Source: Lama glama
Lineage: Eukaryota
NCBI GenBank assembly: GCA_028534125.1
Contig: CM052818.1
Span: forward strand, 38,132,001-38,196,000
DNA: 64,000 nt
Reading direction: 5' to 3'
The notes under the pieces: generated by a model
What the model was told of the DNA's origin: nothing
What the model saw: the letters and a program-made list of their open reading frames with translations, nothing else
The model's database searches: none
Translations under genes and position numbers: made by a program
Shown here: in pieces, positions 24,168-35,791 of the stretch
How the letters are laid out: each line of letters begins with the position of its first letter
Position numbering within the stretch: the stretch's first letter is position 1

Positions 24168-25330
24168 TGTTTATAGACTCTTGATAGGTGGACGTAATGC
24201 ACTACATGAAAGGAGCTGATGTAAACAGGCCTTTAGTGCCCTTGTGGAAGGTGTCGGGGGAGGGAAGCATTCTACAGTCTTAAAATTAAGTCTCAGTTTT
24301 TTAGCAGGCCTACGCTTCAGGACGATGAATTTCACAACTATTTTTTCAGTTTTTATTTTCTCTCCCCTTAGTGGGAACAGGATGGCTAGAATGGGTTGGA
24401 GTTTCCCTCCCTCCAGGTCAGTTAGGCTCTGATAACACTCTTGCAGGTTAGGCTCCAGTAACAGTTTCCTCTGAGGGCAGACCTTGATAAGAACAGAATG
24501 TTCTGGCACTTTTCACAACGGAGGATTTTTCTCTGATATTCACTGTGAGGGCCTAATAGAGCTCCTGGAAGTAACACTCACGAAAGTGTGGGAGCCCCCA
24601 CTAAGACTGAACCTCTCTGGAGATTTGAGCTCTCAGAGTTGTCCACACTCAGCCTCCAGCAATTGGTCAAAGACAGTTCAGCTCTCCCCGACCCAGCACT
24701 GGTTCTCGCGGGGTTCTGCCCTGGGAAGCTGTGATTCTTTATATTGGCCTGTTGGTCTCTCCAGTTCGATCTGGGAGACAGTGGTTTACCCTGTGACCTC
24801 CCTTCTCTTACGGACCGAAGAAGAGTTGTTGAATTTTCAGTTTGTTCTGCTTTTTTATTTTTTTAATTGAAATATAGTCAGTTTATAATGTTATGTCAAT
24901 TTCTGGTGTACAGCATACTGTCTCAGTCATACATGAACATACATACATTCCTTTTCATATTCTTTATCATTTTCATTATAAGTTCCTACAGGATATTGAA
25001 TATAGTTCCCCGTGCTATACAGTATAAAGTTGTTTACCTATTTTATATATAGTAGTTAGTATCTGCAAATCTCAAACTCCTAATCTATCTCTTCCCCCTC
25101 CGCTGGTAACCATACATTTGTTTTTTATGTCTGTGAGTCTGTTTCTGATTTATAAATAAGTTCCTTTCTGTCTTTTTTTTTTAGACTCCACATATAAGTG
25201 ATACAATATGATATTTTTCTTTCTCTTTCTGGCTTCCTTCACTTATTATGATCTCCAGTTTTTTACATACTTGTTAGGATGAAGTGGTGATTTCCATGTT
25301 TCTTACATGCTGGACAGGAAGCTGGAAGTC
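24168..25330 (-). mobile_element. L1M (L1MD-type) 5' end
   Basis: Minus strand starts gacttccagcttcc...catgtaagaaac...aacaaactgaaaattcaac...gaggtcacaggg...ttgctggaggctgagtgtggac, characteristic of the L1MD 5' UTR. Confidence 0.85.
24851..25258 (-). mobile_element. younger L1 3' end (camelid L1-Vpa-like) nested in the L1MD 5' end
   Basis: ttttaattgaaatatagtcagtttataatg...ggtaaccatacatttgttttttatgtctgtgagtctgtttctg. Confidence 0.9.
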
Positions 25331-26405
25331 CCTTCATAGCTTTTTTAATACATAGTACATAGCACTTTCTGAGATAGTAACTGTACAGTTCTGTCTTCTA
25401 TGTCTAGCAGATAGCAGATGTTAAATAAAAGCTTATTATGATTTATATGTTTGAACCTATCAGTCTAGCTTGGCAGGATTATTTGAACCCTGTCTATCAA
25501 ACAGCTTATTAAATTGACCCTCTAACGTGAGCCAAATGAAAATGCAATTCGTCTGCCTCCAGTGTTTTCAGACATGGCATTGATTAAAAAGACATAGAGA
25601 TAGGAGATCTGATCCAAGTTATCTTAGCCATATTGATCCACCCTTTTTGGGGATACATTTACTTAGTCGCTTGTATAAATGAATCTGCAGCATAAACCAT
25701 AAAGCTCTATTCTCTTCTTCCCCTCAAATTTAATCTCAATGTATCAACGAATGTAACATTGTGAGAGGCACTGTTCTTGTCCTACCACCAGACAACATGA
25801 AATATAGCCTCTATTTTGGGTTGATGTAGGAAGGAAAAGTAGCTCTCTTGTAATCAGTAGAGGGACTACCTATAAGTTCAGATCAGAAAAGCCATCTGCT
25901 CACCATTGCTGCTCTACTACAGCAAGACAAGGCTCGGGGCAGGACGCTGCACACCCAGTAAACTTCACATCTCACGATCAGGCTTATTTATACACTAGAA
26001 GCAGTGACAGGGTTTTTATCCTAGTTCCAGAATGTCTGTGTCAGTCCCTACAAAATCTGAGCATAACTCTTGATTCTCTAAGAATGCTGTGAGCAACATG
26101 AGGGCAAGCACTGTATATCCCGTTAACATCCCTCCCACTCTGCCCCCTTTAAGGAAAGAAAAATGACAATAAGAGACCGTCCCCAGAGTCTTGTGAGATC
26201 TAAGCAGGAACTGGCCTTTGGAGCCTACTGATGTTTGCAGGCCTTCCCCCACCTCACTTTTAGGTCCACCAACCCAGAATGTGAGTGAGAAACTGAAAAG
26301 ACAGAATCTTCACACCAAGAGAAAATATGAGATATTGTTTAATGGGCCACATTCTTAAGCTTCCTGCCGATGCTACATTACTAAGAAGACAGTACAGTGA
26401 ACACA

Positions 26406-26448
<43 letters not shown>
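26406..26448. repeat. (CA)n microsatellite
   Basis: Directly visible. Confidence 0.95.
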
Positions 26449-26452
<4 letters not shown>

Positions 26453-27735
26453 TTATTATCAGTCATTACTTGTATCCTCATTTGAAAACAAACAAGTCTG
26501 CTCACAGCTTCCAGACCCTTGAATCCTGTTTTCAGAGCAATCTACATTCCTGTGTCTCCTGCTCACACCTCTCCTGATACAAACAACTGCATGGAGAGGG
26601 TGGCCTTATACTTATACTTTGCAAAAAGATGAACAGGATTATGTTATGCACAGTTTCCAATTTCTGCCAATCACTTAACTGCACTGCAGCCTACATACCT
26701 CCTGTTGCTCCTATTTATTCAGAAAAATAAAATAAATTCAAAGCCAAAAGTTAATCAGGGGCCCCAGGCCTGAGCCTGGAAAGAGCTGCCTCCTCTTGCC
26801 CTGGAGTTTCCAGGGTGAGTAGCCTGGTGGAGGTCAGCAGGAAAATAGGGTGGTTTCGCCTGCCAGTTTTATAACAAGATTATTTCCTAAATTGCAGGCA
26901 AGATTCTACATACCAAGACAGCATTTTTGTATACAGAATTATACTTTTACCTTATGTTGAAGTTTACGTATGATTTTGAAATCTATATATACCACATACA
27001 CGAAAGAATAGACTTTTTTAAGCAAAGGGACAGAGTTACACCTCAGGTGACAAAGTCTGAAATCCCTGGCCATAAAAGAGAGGAAGAAAGAAAGAAATGT
27101 ATGGATACTTAATAGAACTGGTTGATTTTAAACACTGAATGAATTTCTTAAAACTCTGTTCAAACAACTGTATCTTCTCAACACTTAATTGGATAAAAAC
27201 TGTCTTAGTGCAAAGAACTAACCAACACCGCATCAGTGGCAATGGCCAGAAAACGGCCAGGAGATATGAACTGGAGTCAGAATATCAGCCATTATTCTGT
27301 CAACTAACGTTTGTTGAAAGCTTGCCATGCGCCAGGTGCTGGGATGAACATTAAGTTTTCCTAGAGACAAGGTACTGAAGCAAGGCAGAAATTGTTAGGA
27401 ACAAGTTAATTTTAGATTTTGAGAGCTCTGTGTTCAGGGGTCAGTTCTAAGCAAGCAGAGAAGCTCACGATGAGAGAAGCTGAGTCAGAAACCGCAGGAA
27501 ACATTCACATGGTAAACATTCTTAATTCACCTCAATGACCAAAGAGGGAAGAAAGGAAATTATCGTGACCTCAAAACCATTGCTTTACAGGAATTACCCG
27601 GATACTTGTAAGTTACAGCATTTCCAACTGTTTCCTGTGCTAGATAAGCTACACGGCAGTGATAGTTTTCCTCATCTCTCTGTGACCCTTCAATGTTTTT
27701 ACCAAGAAATAATTGATTGTTTAACAAATAAATGG

Positions 27736-27896
27736 ATATATATGCACACACATATTAATGGGGACGTATGTATATGTACACATGTGTAGTGTATATACAT
27801 ATGAATGTATGTATGTTGTGTATATATGCATATAAGGGTGTATGTATATATGTGTGTATTATATATTACCTATATATGTGTATGCATGTGTGTGTG

Positions 27897-27942
<46 letters not shown>
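27736..27942. repeat. (TA/TG)n compound microsatellite
   Basis: Directly visible. Confidence 0.9.
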
Positions 27943-30299
27943 CTGGGTTAGCAAATATTTTGGTTTGTTTTTAAATGCATTAGTATAGGTCACAACAGTT
28001 ATTCAAGCAGATGAAAATAAAGCCGAAAATCACTGAAAAATAAAATTCATTTCATTCCTCTTTTTCAGTTATAATAATCTATAATTACCTAAATATCCAT
28101 AATTACTCATTGTATTATTACCTATAGTTATATATAGCTTAAAAAATAAAAGCTATATCATATAGGCATTTTCCTTCTAAGACTGTCCCGAATGGTTAAA
28201 CAATTCCAGCAAAGCTAAGGAAAGCAAAGCAGAGGGCTGCAGTTGCTCGCAGAAACGCTGCTTCGGAGGCATGGAGTGTGGAGGGGCCGGGGGAGCTGGG
28301 ACAGCTGGGGGCAGGTAACAAGCACCAGGGCAGAATCCAAGTGAGAATGTCTGCTTGCTGTGGCTCAGATCCTTCTCCACAGCTGGACTTGGCCAAGAAA
28401 AATGCAGAGAAGGTGACAGAGCTCATCTCCAAGGAACCGAGCTTAGATGACAGTTATTCCCCAACGCGGGGTCCAGTTCACAGCAACACGCAGCTGTCGG
28501 TCTGTGTGCTTGTGCTCCAGGTGTGGCATCTGGAACCAGTAGCCATGCTGGTGTCACACATCTTTTCAGCTGCTTTGTGTTGAAGGCTGTGCCCTACTGC
28601 TTGCCTGGCATTGTGGCCCAGACAGCATTTGTCCCTACAGCCTGCCTGAGGAGCCAGGGGCAGCTCCCGAGCTCCTGTGTTAGGAAAAACCTGCCCTCAG
28701 GCTTCCACGCTGCCCAAGGGGAGAGAAGCCCAAGACTGCAGTCTCACCAGCCTCCTTCTTCTTTAACATGTGCCAAGAAAGCCAAAAACAATGAAATTAA
28801 ATGCTGTTGATTTCCCTCAGAATGGCACATGAGTAGCAATTGTTAATGAAAAAGGCAAAGAAATCTAATTCCATTATCTACTTTTCTAGTTGAAGACAAT
28901 AGTTTTCTTTTTTTTCCCTCACATTGTTTGGATAACAAATTCTCTAATGCAATATTACTTCCACACCCCCAAAACAAGCGAAAAGTAAAACAAAGAACAC
29001 AAAATCAAGATGTAAGCTGTGGAGAAACTCTAGGATGAAAAACGTGTTGGGAAAAGACATCGGATAAATCAGGAGCAAGCATCCCTGAGGGGCTGTCCTG
29101 ACTTGGTTGTTTCAGTCGTGGTAATGGTGGTCTCCACACCGCACTGCTGCACAGGGTGGACGTTTGGGTCTGCTCAGGAGCCTTTTCTCCCTACTGAAGA
29201 GGAGACCACGGATTTTTTGATAAGACTCACGAAAATCCCAGTTCTCATGAAATCACTCAATGCTGCAAAAGTCAAACCCATATTTTAACCTGGAGAATAA
29301 TCAAAAGGACTTACTTTTTCGGATTCTGATCCTATAAAGAGAAAGACAGCAAAGGCAGAGAGACACAGAGCAAGAGAGCAGGGTGTGCTGTGGTACAGAA
29401 CGGGGAGGTGTGGAATAGCGTGACATAGTGAGTTGTGATCCTAGCGAATCTTTTATGGGAACATTTCCACATCATCCCCAAATACACATAATTGAAACAT
29501 GCACTGTTTATAGATACGCACCTTTATACACCTTGAGCTACCCATTTGCCCGTTATTATTGTGCACAGTCCTCACCCCCATCATTTAGTCCTTCGGTATG
29601 GAATGAAACCAATAGGTTTGTATCAATTTCTTTCCAAAATTTGTGCTTTAGCTGTGACCAAAAAATCCACTGACAGAGAGAGTCTCTTCTAATTGAACTT
29701 AATAGTGCAGAAAGGAAGGAACATAGAGGAAAACACTGTGAGGGTAGAAACTCAAAGCAATTTCAAATTTGCTTCCTTGATAAGTGACAGTGTAGACACC
29801 CCTAAACATCCGCACACATCCTCATCCCCTGACCTCTTACTGGACATCAATGTAATGACATGGGACCCACTTGGAAATAGGATTAATCAACAAGATCTTT
29901 ATTATATTATTATGACATATCCTTGCTATCTGAATAGGGATGCTGAGACTAATAGAATTTGGACCAAAGCCAGAAAAAATTTCAACAGAAAACCTAGAGA
30001 CCCATGAATTTTCAATTAATTGTTGGCTAGGGTAGTGTTGCCATTTATAGGCTTCACCTGGTGTGGTCAGGAGAACAGAAAAGACAACGTGATCCATTGT
30101 GCCAGGCTGATGTAAGATGTAAGACGTCATTTCACCTCAAACACGGTGTGAGATGCTTTCCCTCTGTCCACACCAATCAGCTAGTCCTGCATTTGCAAGG
30201 TCAAATCCCCAAACACTTCTGCGTGTAGCTCTGAAACCATTCGTGGCTTAAATAGCAGAATGGGGATTCTTTATTTTTTATGAATATGAATTGTTACTT

Positions 30300-31012
30300 T
30301 AAAATTAAAAAAAAATAATAGTAATGATAATATGGAAATATTAGAAACTTCAATATAGGTATTAAAAAAGAGTTGACATATATCAGTGGTCTAAGAATGG
30401 GTGAAAAGAAGAAAGTTCTAGGAGACCTCAGGACCAATCACCATTAGGACACTCAGAAAAGGAACTGAGTTTGTAGAGTTTCTGATCCAACTTGAGTCAA
30501 CAATGTGATGTGACTGTCAAAAAAACTTCTTTAGATAGATTAACAGAAAATATTGTCCAGATCTATGAAGGTGGTGGGCCAGCCCTCTTATGTACCAGAG
30601 TGATGTATTCAATTCTGAAAACTAGAATAGAAAAAAAAAAATGACAGCCTGTCTTGAGATGCTTGATTAAAATAGTTAAGGGTCGAGAATTGCATGATTT
30701 AGTGCACAATTAAAAGCAGAGAAGACATTTAGCTGGGGGAAGAAGAGTTGGAGAGTCAATGGAAATTATATTTAGATATTTGAAAGTTATCTGGTAGAGG
30801 AGGAGGTAGGTATATTGCATGGTTCTAAGAGGCCAAAGTCCAGGCGACAGACATTGAGGAATGTGAGCTCTTTACTCCATAAAAGGGGTCACTTCGCTCC
30901 TTCTGGGGAGGCCATCAACTCCCTCCCACAAGCAGTGCTCAAGTGGAGACCAAGTACCCACCGGGAGAGGAGACAGCGTCAGATGGAGTGAGCCTAAAGG
31001 CCCCTCCGACAC
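30300..31012 (+). mobile_element. L3/CR1 LINE 3' portion
   Basis: tgagtcaacaatgtgatgtgactgtcaaaaaa...attaacagaaaatattgtccagatc...tttagctgggggaagaagag...agatatttgaaag. Confidence 0.8.
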
Positions 31013-32446
31013 AGCAGCCCCCGCCCCGTCCTCCGCTTCTCACTCAAGGCCGTCAGAGAGGGCAGCTCTTCTCCGGGAACTTTCATCCCTGGTCCATTTC
31101 CTTTCCACTTTCTGAAACTGCTGCTTTCAGCACAGGGTGCAGCCGCACACCATCTTCTCCCGCGTTCTTGCTCCCTGAGGAACGTGTTCCAGTTTGGGTA
31201 ATTACATTCTGCCAGCCTAAATTATCCCTACAGTTTACATTGAGTAAGGCATTTTTCTTTAATATCTATCCTAAATTGTTGCACAGTGTTTCTGTGTACC
31301 AGTAAATGCTACATACATGCCAAGGTAATAGTCAGAACCTTGGAAACAGCCCACCCTATTTATAGGAGAACAAGGAAAGATTAAAGCTAATTAAAATTTA
31401 CTTCGATTATTCATACTCCTGCATGTTTGGGCCTTTATGCTGGCAGTTAAGTGAAAGAGGCTTCATATAACCTGCACTTCTTTTTCTGGGTTTTGTGCAT
31501 TTTTTCAGCTCCCATTGTTTTCCAACGCCTGCTTCACCCAACGAGCACCTCAAAATAAGCTGGTGAGTGGGAGGAAAGAGTGATGGGTCGATAATATAAA
31601 GGTGCAGTGAAGACGCTGAGGTCTGGCCTGGAAACACTCATCCTGGAGGGAATTTTTAAACACGGCTCTGCAAATTCTATCATGGTTATGCCTGCTCCAG
31701 TCACAGGCTATATCCCTTTGATATTTTCCCCCTTTTACTTGTCTGCCTCCTTATTAAGAGTATTTATTCTCGTTGCTTTCATTGCTGACCTTGGGAGTTT
31801 ATTGCAAATATTATTTCTCTTGTTTGCTTGATCTCCGTCTCACTCTCTCTCATGCACACACACACACTCTCTGGTCTCTGACCTCATTTCTTTCACGGTC
31901 TCAGTATCTCTAGATAGCGTGTTTTCCATCTATGTATCATTTTTCCATCGATGTTTTGCATTAGGCAAGAGGCACATTTGTGTACACAGAAGCTTATTCG
32001 GAGATTGCGAGCATCAGTGAACAGTCAGCATATGCTGGTACTTACTAAGGTACGTGATAGCTAATTGATTAACTATCAATTAACTCAGAGGTGCAGGAGA
32101 GCAGGAGCTGGGTCTGCTTATCCTTGTCTTTCAAGAGTTAACACAAGGTCTAAAATAAACGATGCCCAGGAAATGTTATTTGAACTGATAAAAACTGAAT
32201 GGAAGACGTGAACTGTGTGAGTGAGACTCCAAGCTTCAATATCCCAAAGGCCCCCTGGCATCTGCCCCATGTCCAGGAGCTCTTTCCTCTGATTCCCAAG
32301 CTCACTTTTCCTCCTTCAAGACAGAGCTTTACTTCTGTCCTTCTCTCTTCCCCGAAGAAGAGAAGCCTCTCTCATAAGAGAATGCTTTGTCCCTTTGAGA
32401 TTTGGGTCTTTTTCCTCTGCCATTTATTGCTGGGTCAAGATGTGCT

Positions 32447-32660
32447 TTTATTTATTCATGTGTTTATCCTTTCTTCTGCCAAATACTTACGGGAATGCAC
32501 TATATTCCCAGAACTGTGCAATTTCCAGGAGGACAGAGATAAGAGCTGCACTCATGAAACATACAGTGTAGCGAAGAAGACAAATAGTAACCAAATACTT
32601 ATACAAAAACAGTATTTAATTTCCATTCTAAGCATGAAGAGTCCAGAACGGGAAAAGAGT
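32447..32660 (-). mobile_element. L2 3' end
   Basis: ccaaatacttacgggaatgcactatattcccagaactgtgc...ctgcactcatgaaacatacagtgtag. Confidence 0.75.
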
Positions 32661-32799
32661 GTAATAGAACAAAATCCCATAGTCATGACTTGAGGCGAAC
32701 GGCGTCTGCAAGCAATCTTGGGATGTTTGGAGGGGAACTGCTGTATCAAACCCCACCTGCACTCCACAGCCCTCTTCCATCCTCGGCTGGACAGCGAGA

Positions 32800-32981
32800 A
32801 GCAGAGAGCAGAAAGTCATATTCTGTGTGTCAGGGAACTTCAGTTCTAGCCTGGACCCTGCCACAGACTCTGCGGTGGTCGTAGGAAACTTCCTTCCTTT
32901 CTAGGCCTCAGAGTCTCAACAAGTGAGGAGGGCAGGATGGCATCGTGCCCACTGTGGTCCTTCAGGCTCTGACATTTCATG
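32800..32981 (+). mobile_element. MIR3 SINE
   Basis: agttctagcctggaccctgccac...tctaggcctcag...ggtccttcaggctctgacatttcatg. Confidence 0.7.
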
Positions 32982-34579
32982 CTTCTCCAGGCAGATGCCC
33001 TAACTTACGGTGAACAGCAGGCAGGTACGATTGGGCTGCCATTTAGGCCTGAAGTCACTAATTAGGCAAGGAACTCTACATACGTTTTACTTCATCTGAA
33101 CTTTACGTAATTTTTGCTTTACAGTTTACTCTTTTCCTCCACACAATTTCCCTATCTATTCTGAACTGATTCACAAATGGCTGCAAGAATTTGGGGGCTT
33201 ACGCTGGCTGTTTTGCAATTCAGACAAGTGATTAGAATATTCCCAGCACATACACTTAATCAAAACAAGCCCAATTAAGCTCACTACTCCAGATTCCACC
33301 TCATTAGCTTTCTGTTCCTAAAATATAACAGATGTCATTGCTGCAGGCCCGGAGGTACAGACACATTTTTCAGCTAAGCACTTACAATGCAACCTAAGTT
33401 AGAGGAAGATTTAATTATTACCTTCATTGTCCCGGCTTCCCGTGGAAGCTCATTTTTCACTTAATAGCAAGCTCTTTCTACCTAGTTGCCCACTGCCACC
33501 AAAATAATGTCTTTCTCCTCAAAGAGCGAGTTCATAAAACAAGTTCTTCCCATCCTCTCCTTTTTTGCCCAGTAAATTGATTTTGGTGGCTCCTGAATTT
33601 ATCTGACCCCGAACTTTTTATTAAGTGGATGGAAAGGGGAAGAGCAGAATAGAGTGATTCCTTCTCCTCGCTTGGTCACACGGGGGCTGGCGTATTGGCT
33701 ACTCCGGTGCCCACACTCAGAACGGTGCCCAGCTCCGTTTCTTCCCGCTGCACTCTGCACAGTGTTGTACCACCACACTGAGTTTGCACTGCAAGTCCTT
33801 TTCTCCATTTTCTCCTTCTCAAGGCCATCAGCTCTTCCCTGCCCGGGCCCCTAACCTATCTTGCTCCGTAGCCCCAGCTCCAAGCACATGCTGGCATATA
33901 CTGGGTGCTTGTTTTTAAGAATGGAAGGAAAATAAATCAAAGAAGGAACTGGGTCAAATTCTGCTCAGCGCAACAATAGAAACAAAAATGCTTTATGTGA
34001 GAGCGAGAGTTGATAGCTGATTCTTAGGAGTGAAGTAACCAGTGATTATTTGTCCAACAACCAGATAGCGATGAATCTCCGTCTTATACAGCAGCCACTG
34101 AGTCTATCAATTTTCTAATCAATGTCAGCACTAGGCCATTTTTTTTTTATTATATATACTCTTAGTTATTGTGGAAATGCCACGTTTTGAGATTGCGACA
34201 TTCAGGGAAGTAATAAGCATTCCAGCACGGCCCACATCCACGCAGCCCCCGGGTCTACTCTCACGGCCCACAGGAAGTACATCGCGCCCAACTTCCTGGT
34301 CGTGGTGAATCTGGCACCTTCCATGTTTCAGAACTGGGTTTCATCTGTGGCTGTGTCTCTTTTTACTTCTCCCCTCATTTTGTGTTTCTAGATAAGTACT
34401 TATTCTCTGAAGAGGCCCTACATTGTTTTCTTTCTGGAAACAGTACACAATAAGAAAGACTCCAATATAGCCACACCCCATGGATGCAGATGACTGTGGG
34501 CTTAGAACTTACAATCTAGTGGGGAGTTAACCAGATGCATGCCAGACAAACACACACAGTGACATCACACACACACACA

Positions 34580-35515
34580 AAGATTTGTGATTTTAAAAAC
34601 TGACAAGAACGTATACATCCAAATGAGCCTCTTTCTCTTCAACAGAGTCTCCTTGATGAGTGTAGAATCATTCCAAAAATGTTGACCTCGCTCAGAACAC
34701 TCCAGAGCCTCCCTTATAAATTTTCTAAAAAGTCATGTATGAGTTACCTCAGGCTACTGTGACAATAGACTGCAGATTGGGTGGCTTAAACAACAGGAAT
34801 TTTTGTCACGATTTTGGAGGCTGGAAGTCCAAGATCAAGGTGCCACCCAGTTCAGTTCCTGGTGAGGCCTGCTTCCTGCCCCCTTTTCAACGTGTTCTCA
34901 CATGGCCCCTTTGTGTGTGCAAAGAGAGAGGGCCACTGAGCTCCTGAGTGTCTTCTTAGAAAGGCACTAATCCCACTGGACCAGGGCCTCAGCCTTAGGA
35001 CTTCATTTAACCTTTATTCCCTCCACAAAGGCCTTAGCTCCAAATGTCACCCACCAGGGACTAGGGCTCAACATAGGAATATTTTTGAGGGACAAACCTT
35101 CAGTCCATAGCAGGCTGGTTTAAGAAAAGTAATACAAAATTTCAACTGGATTGCCTTGAAACATTGTGTTTCAAGAAGAGAAAACATTGCTTGCTCTCTT
35201 TAGTTACCCTTATTCATCTGACTTACTTGCCTGACTTAGCTTCAAATAATCTTTGGCACTTTCTAATATTGAAATTCATCAACATGGACAAAATTATCAC
35301 CAGAGAAGAAAGCTGAAGAACGTATCACAGAGTCTGAAGACAACGTTCAAGGAGGAATTCAGTATTTATTTGGGAAGAGGGTAATACTGATGCAATTAGT
35401 GCACAGGCATCCAGGTTAACGATTGCATCGTAGGGAGAAGCGTTTAATGGGACTGAAAATGTGTGGTATGTTTACAGAGGCAACCAGTGGCCTGTGTGTA
35501 CAGTTACACCTCCTA
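34580..35515. mobile_element. MARNA-like mariner element split by MLT1A (arms 34580-34735 and 35113-35515)
   Basis: Right arm encodes a PYSSDL...ASNNLWHF remnant of mariner PYSPDLAP at 35208-35265 and ends cagttacacctccta; left arm (agaacgtatacatccaaatgag...) is the inverted terminal segment. Confidence 0.75.
34736..35112 (-). mobile_element. MLT1A/A0 solo LTR
   Basis: TG...CA ends; gggtggcttaaacaacaggaattt...ggaggctggaagtccaagatcaaggtgcc...ttcagtccatagca. Confidence 0.95.
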
Positions 35516-35613
35516 GTCATAACACATCCACAACAAACCCGTAATTAAATAGCAGCACGTCATATAACAGGTAGCAGGGCACGATGAAGTTAAATACTAG
35601 TGCCATTATTTTT

Positions 35614-35727
35614 AAATTCCTTGAAAGTAGGACAGTATTTGTCTTGTTCATAACTTTATCTCCAGGGCCTAGAATAAAGCTGAGCAAAGGGTAGGCACTT
35701 AATAAATGCTTATTGAATTGAATTGAT
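35614..35727 (+). mobile_element. L2 3' end
   Basis: ccttgaaagtaggac...tctccagggcctagaa...gtaggcacttaataaatgcttattgaattgaattga. Confidence 0.85.
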
Positions 35728-35791
35728 AGGTAATTCTCGGAAAGGCCAACTAATTGGGTTCTGTTAAACCTGAAGCCTCTTTAATATAAAG

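Larger units (their letters stand above)
23915..25440 (+). mobile_element. MIR split by an L1 insertion (MIR parts 23915-24056 and 25332-25440)
   Basis: gttcaaatcctggctccaccacttactagctatgtgaccttgg; near-duplicated junction ctttgtagcttt / cttcatagcttt. Confidence 0.75.

Noticed and set aside
34500..34530. miR-708/miR-28-like sequence (cttacaatctagtgggg)
   Set aside because: Ordinary L2-derived motif with no complementary arm to form a pre-miRNA.
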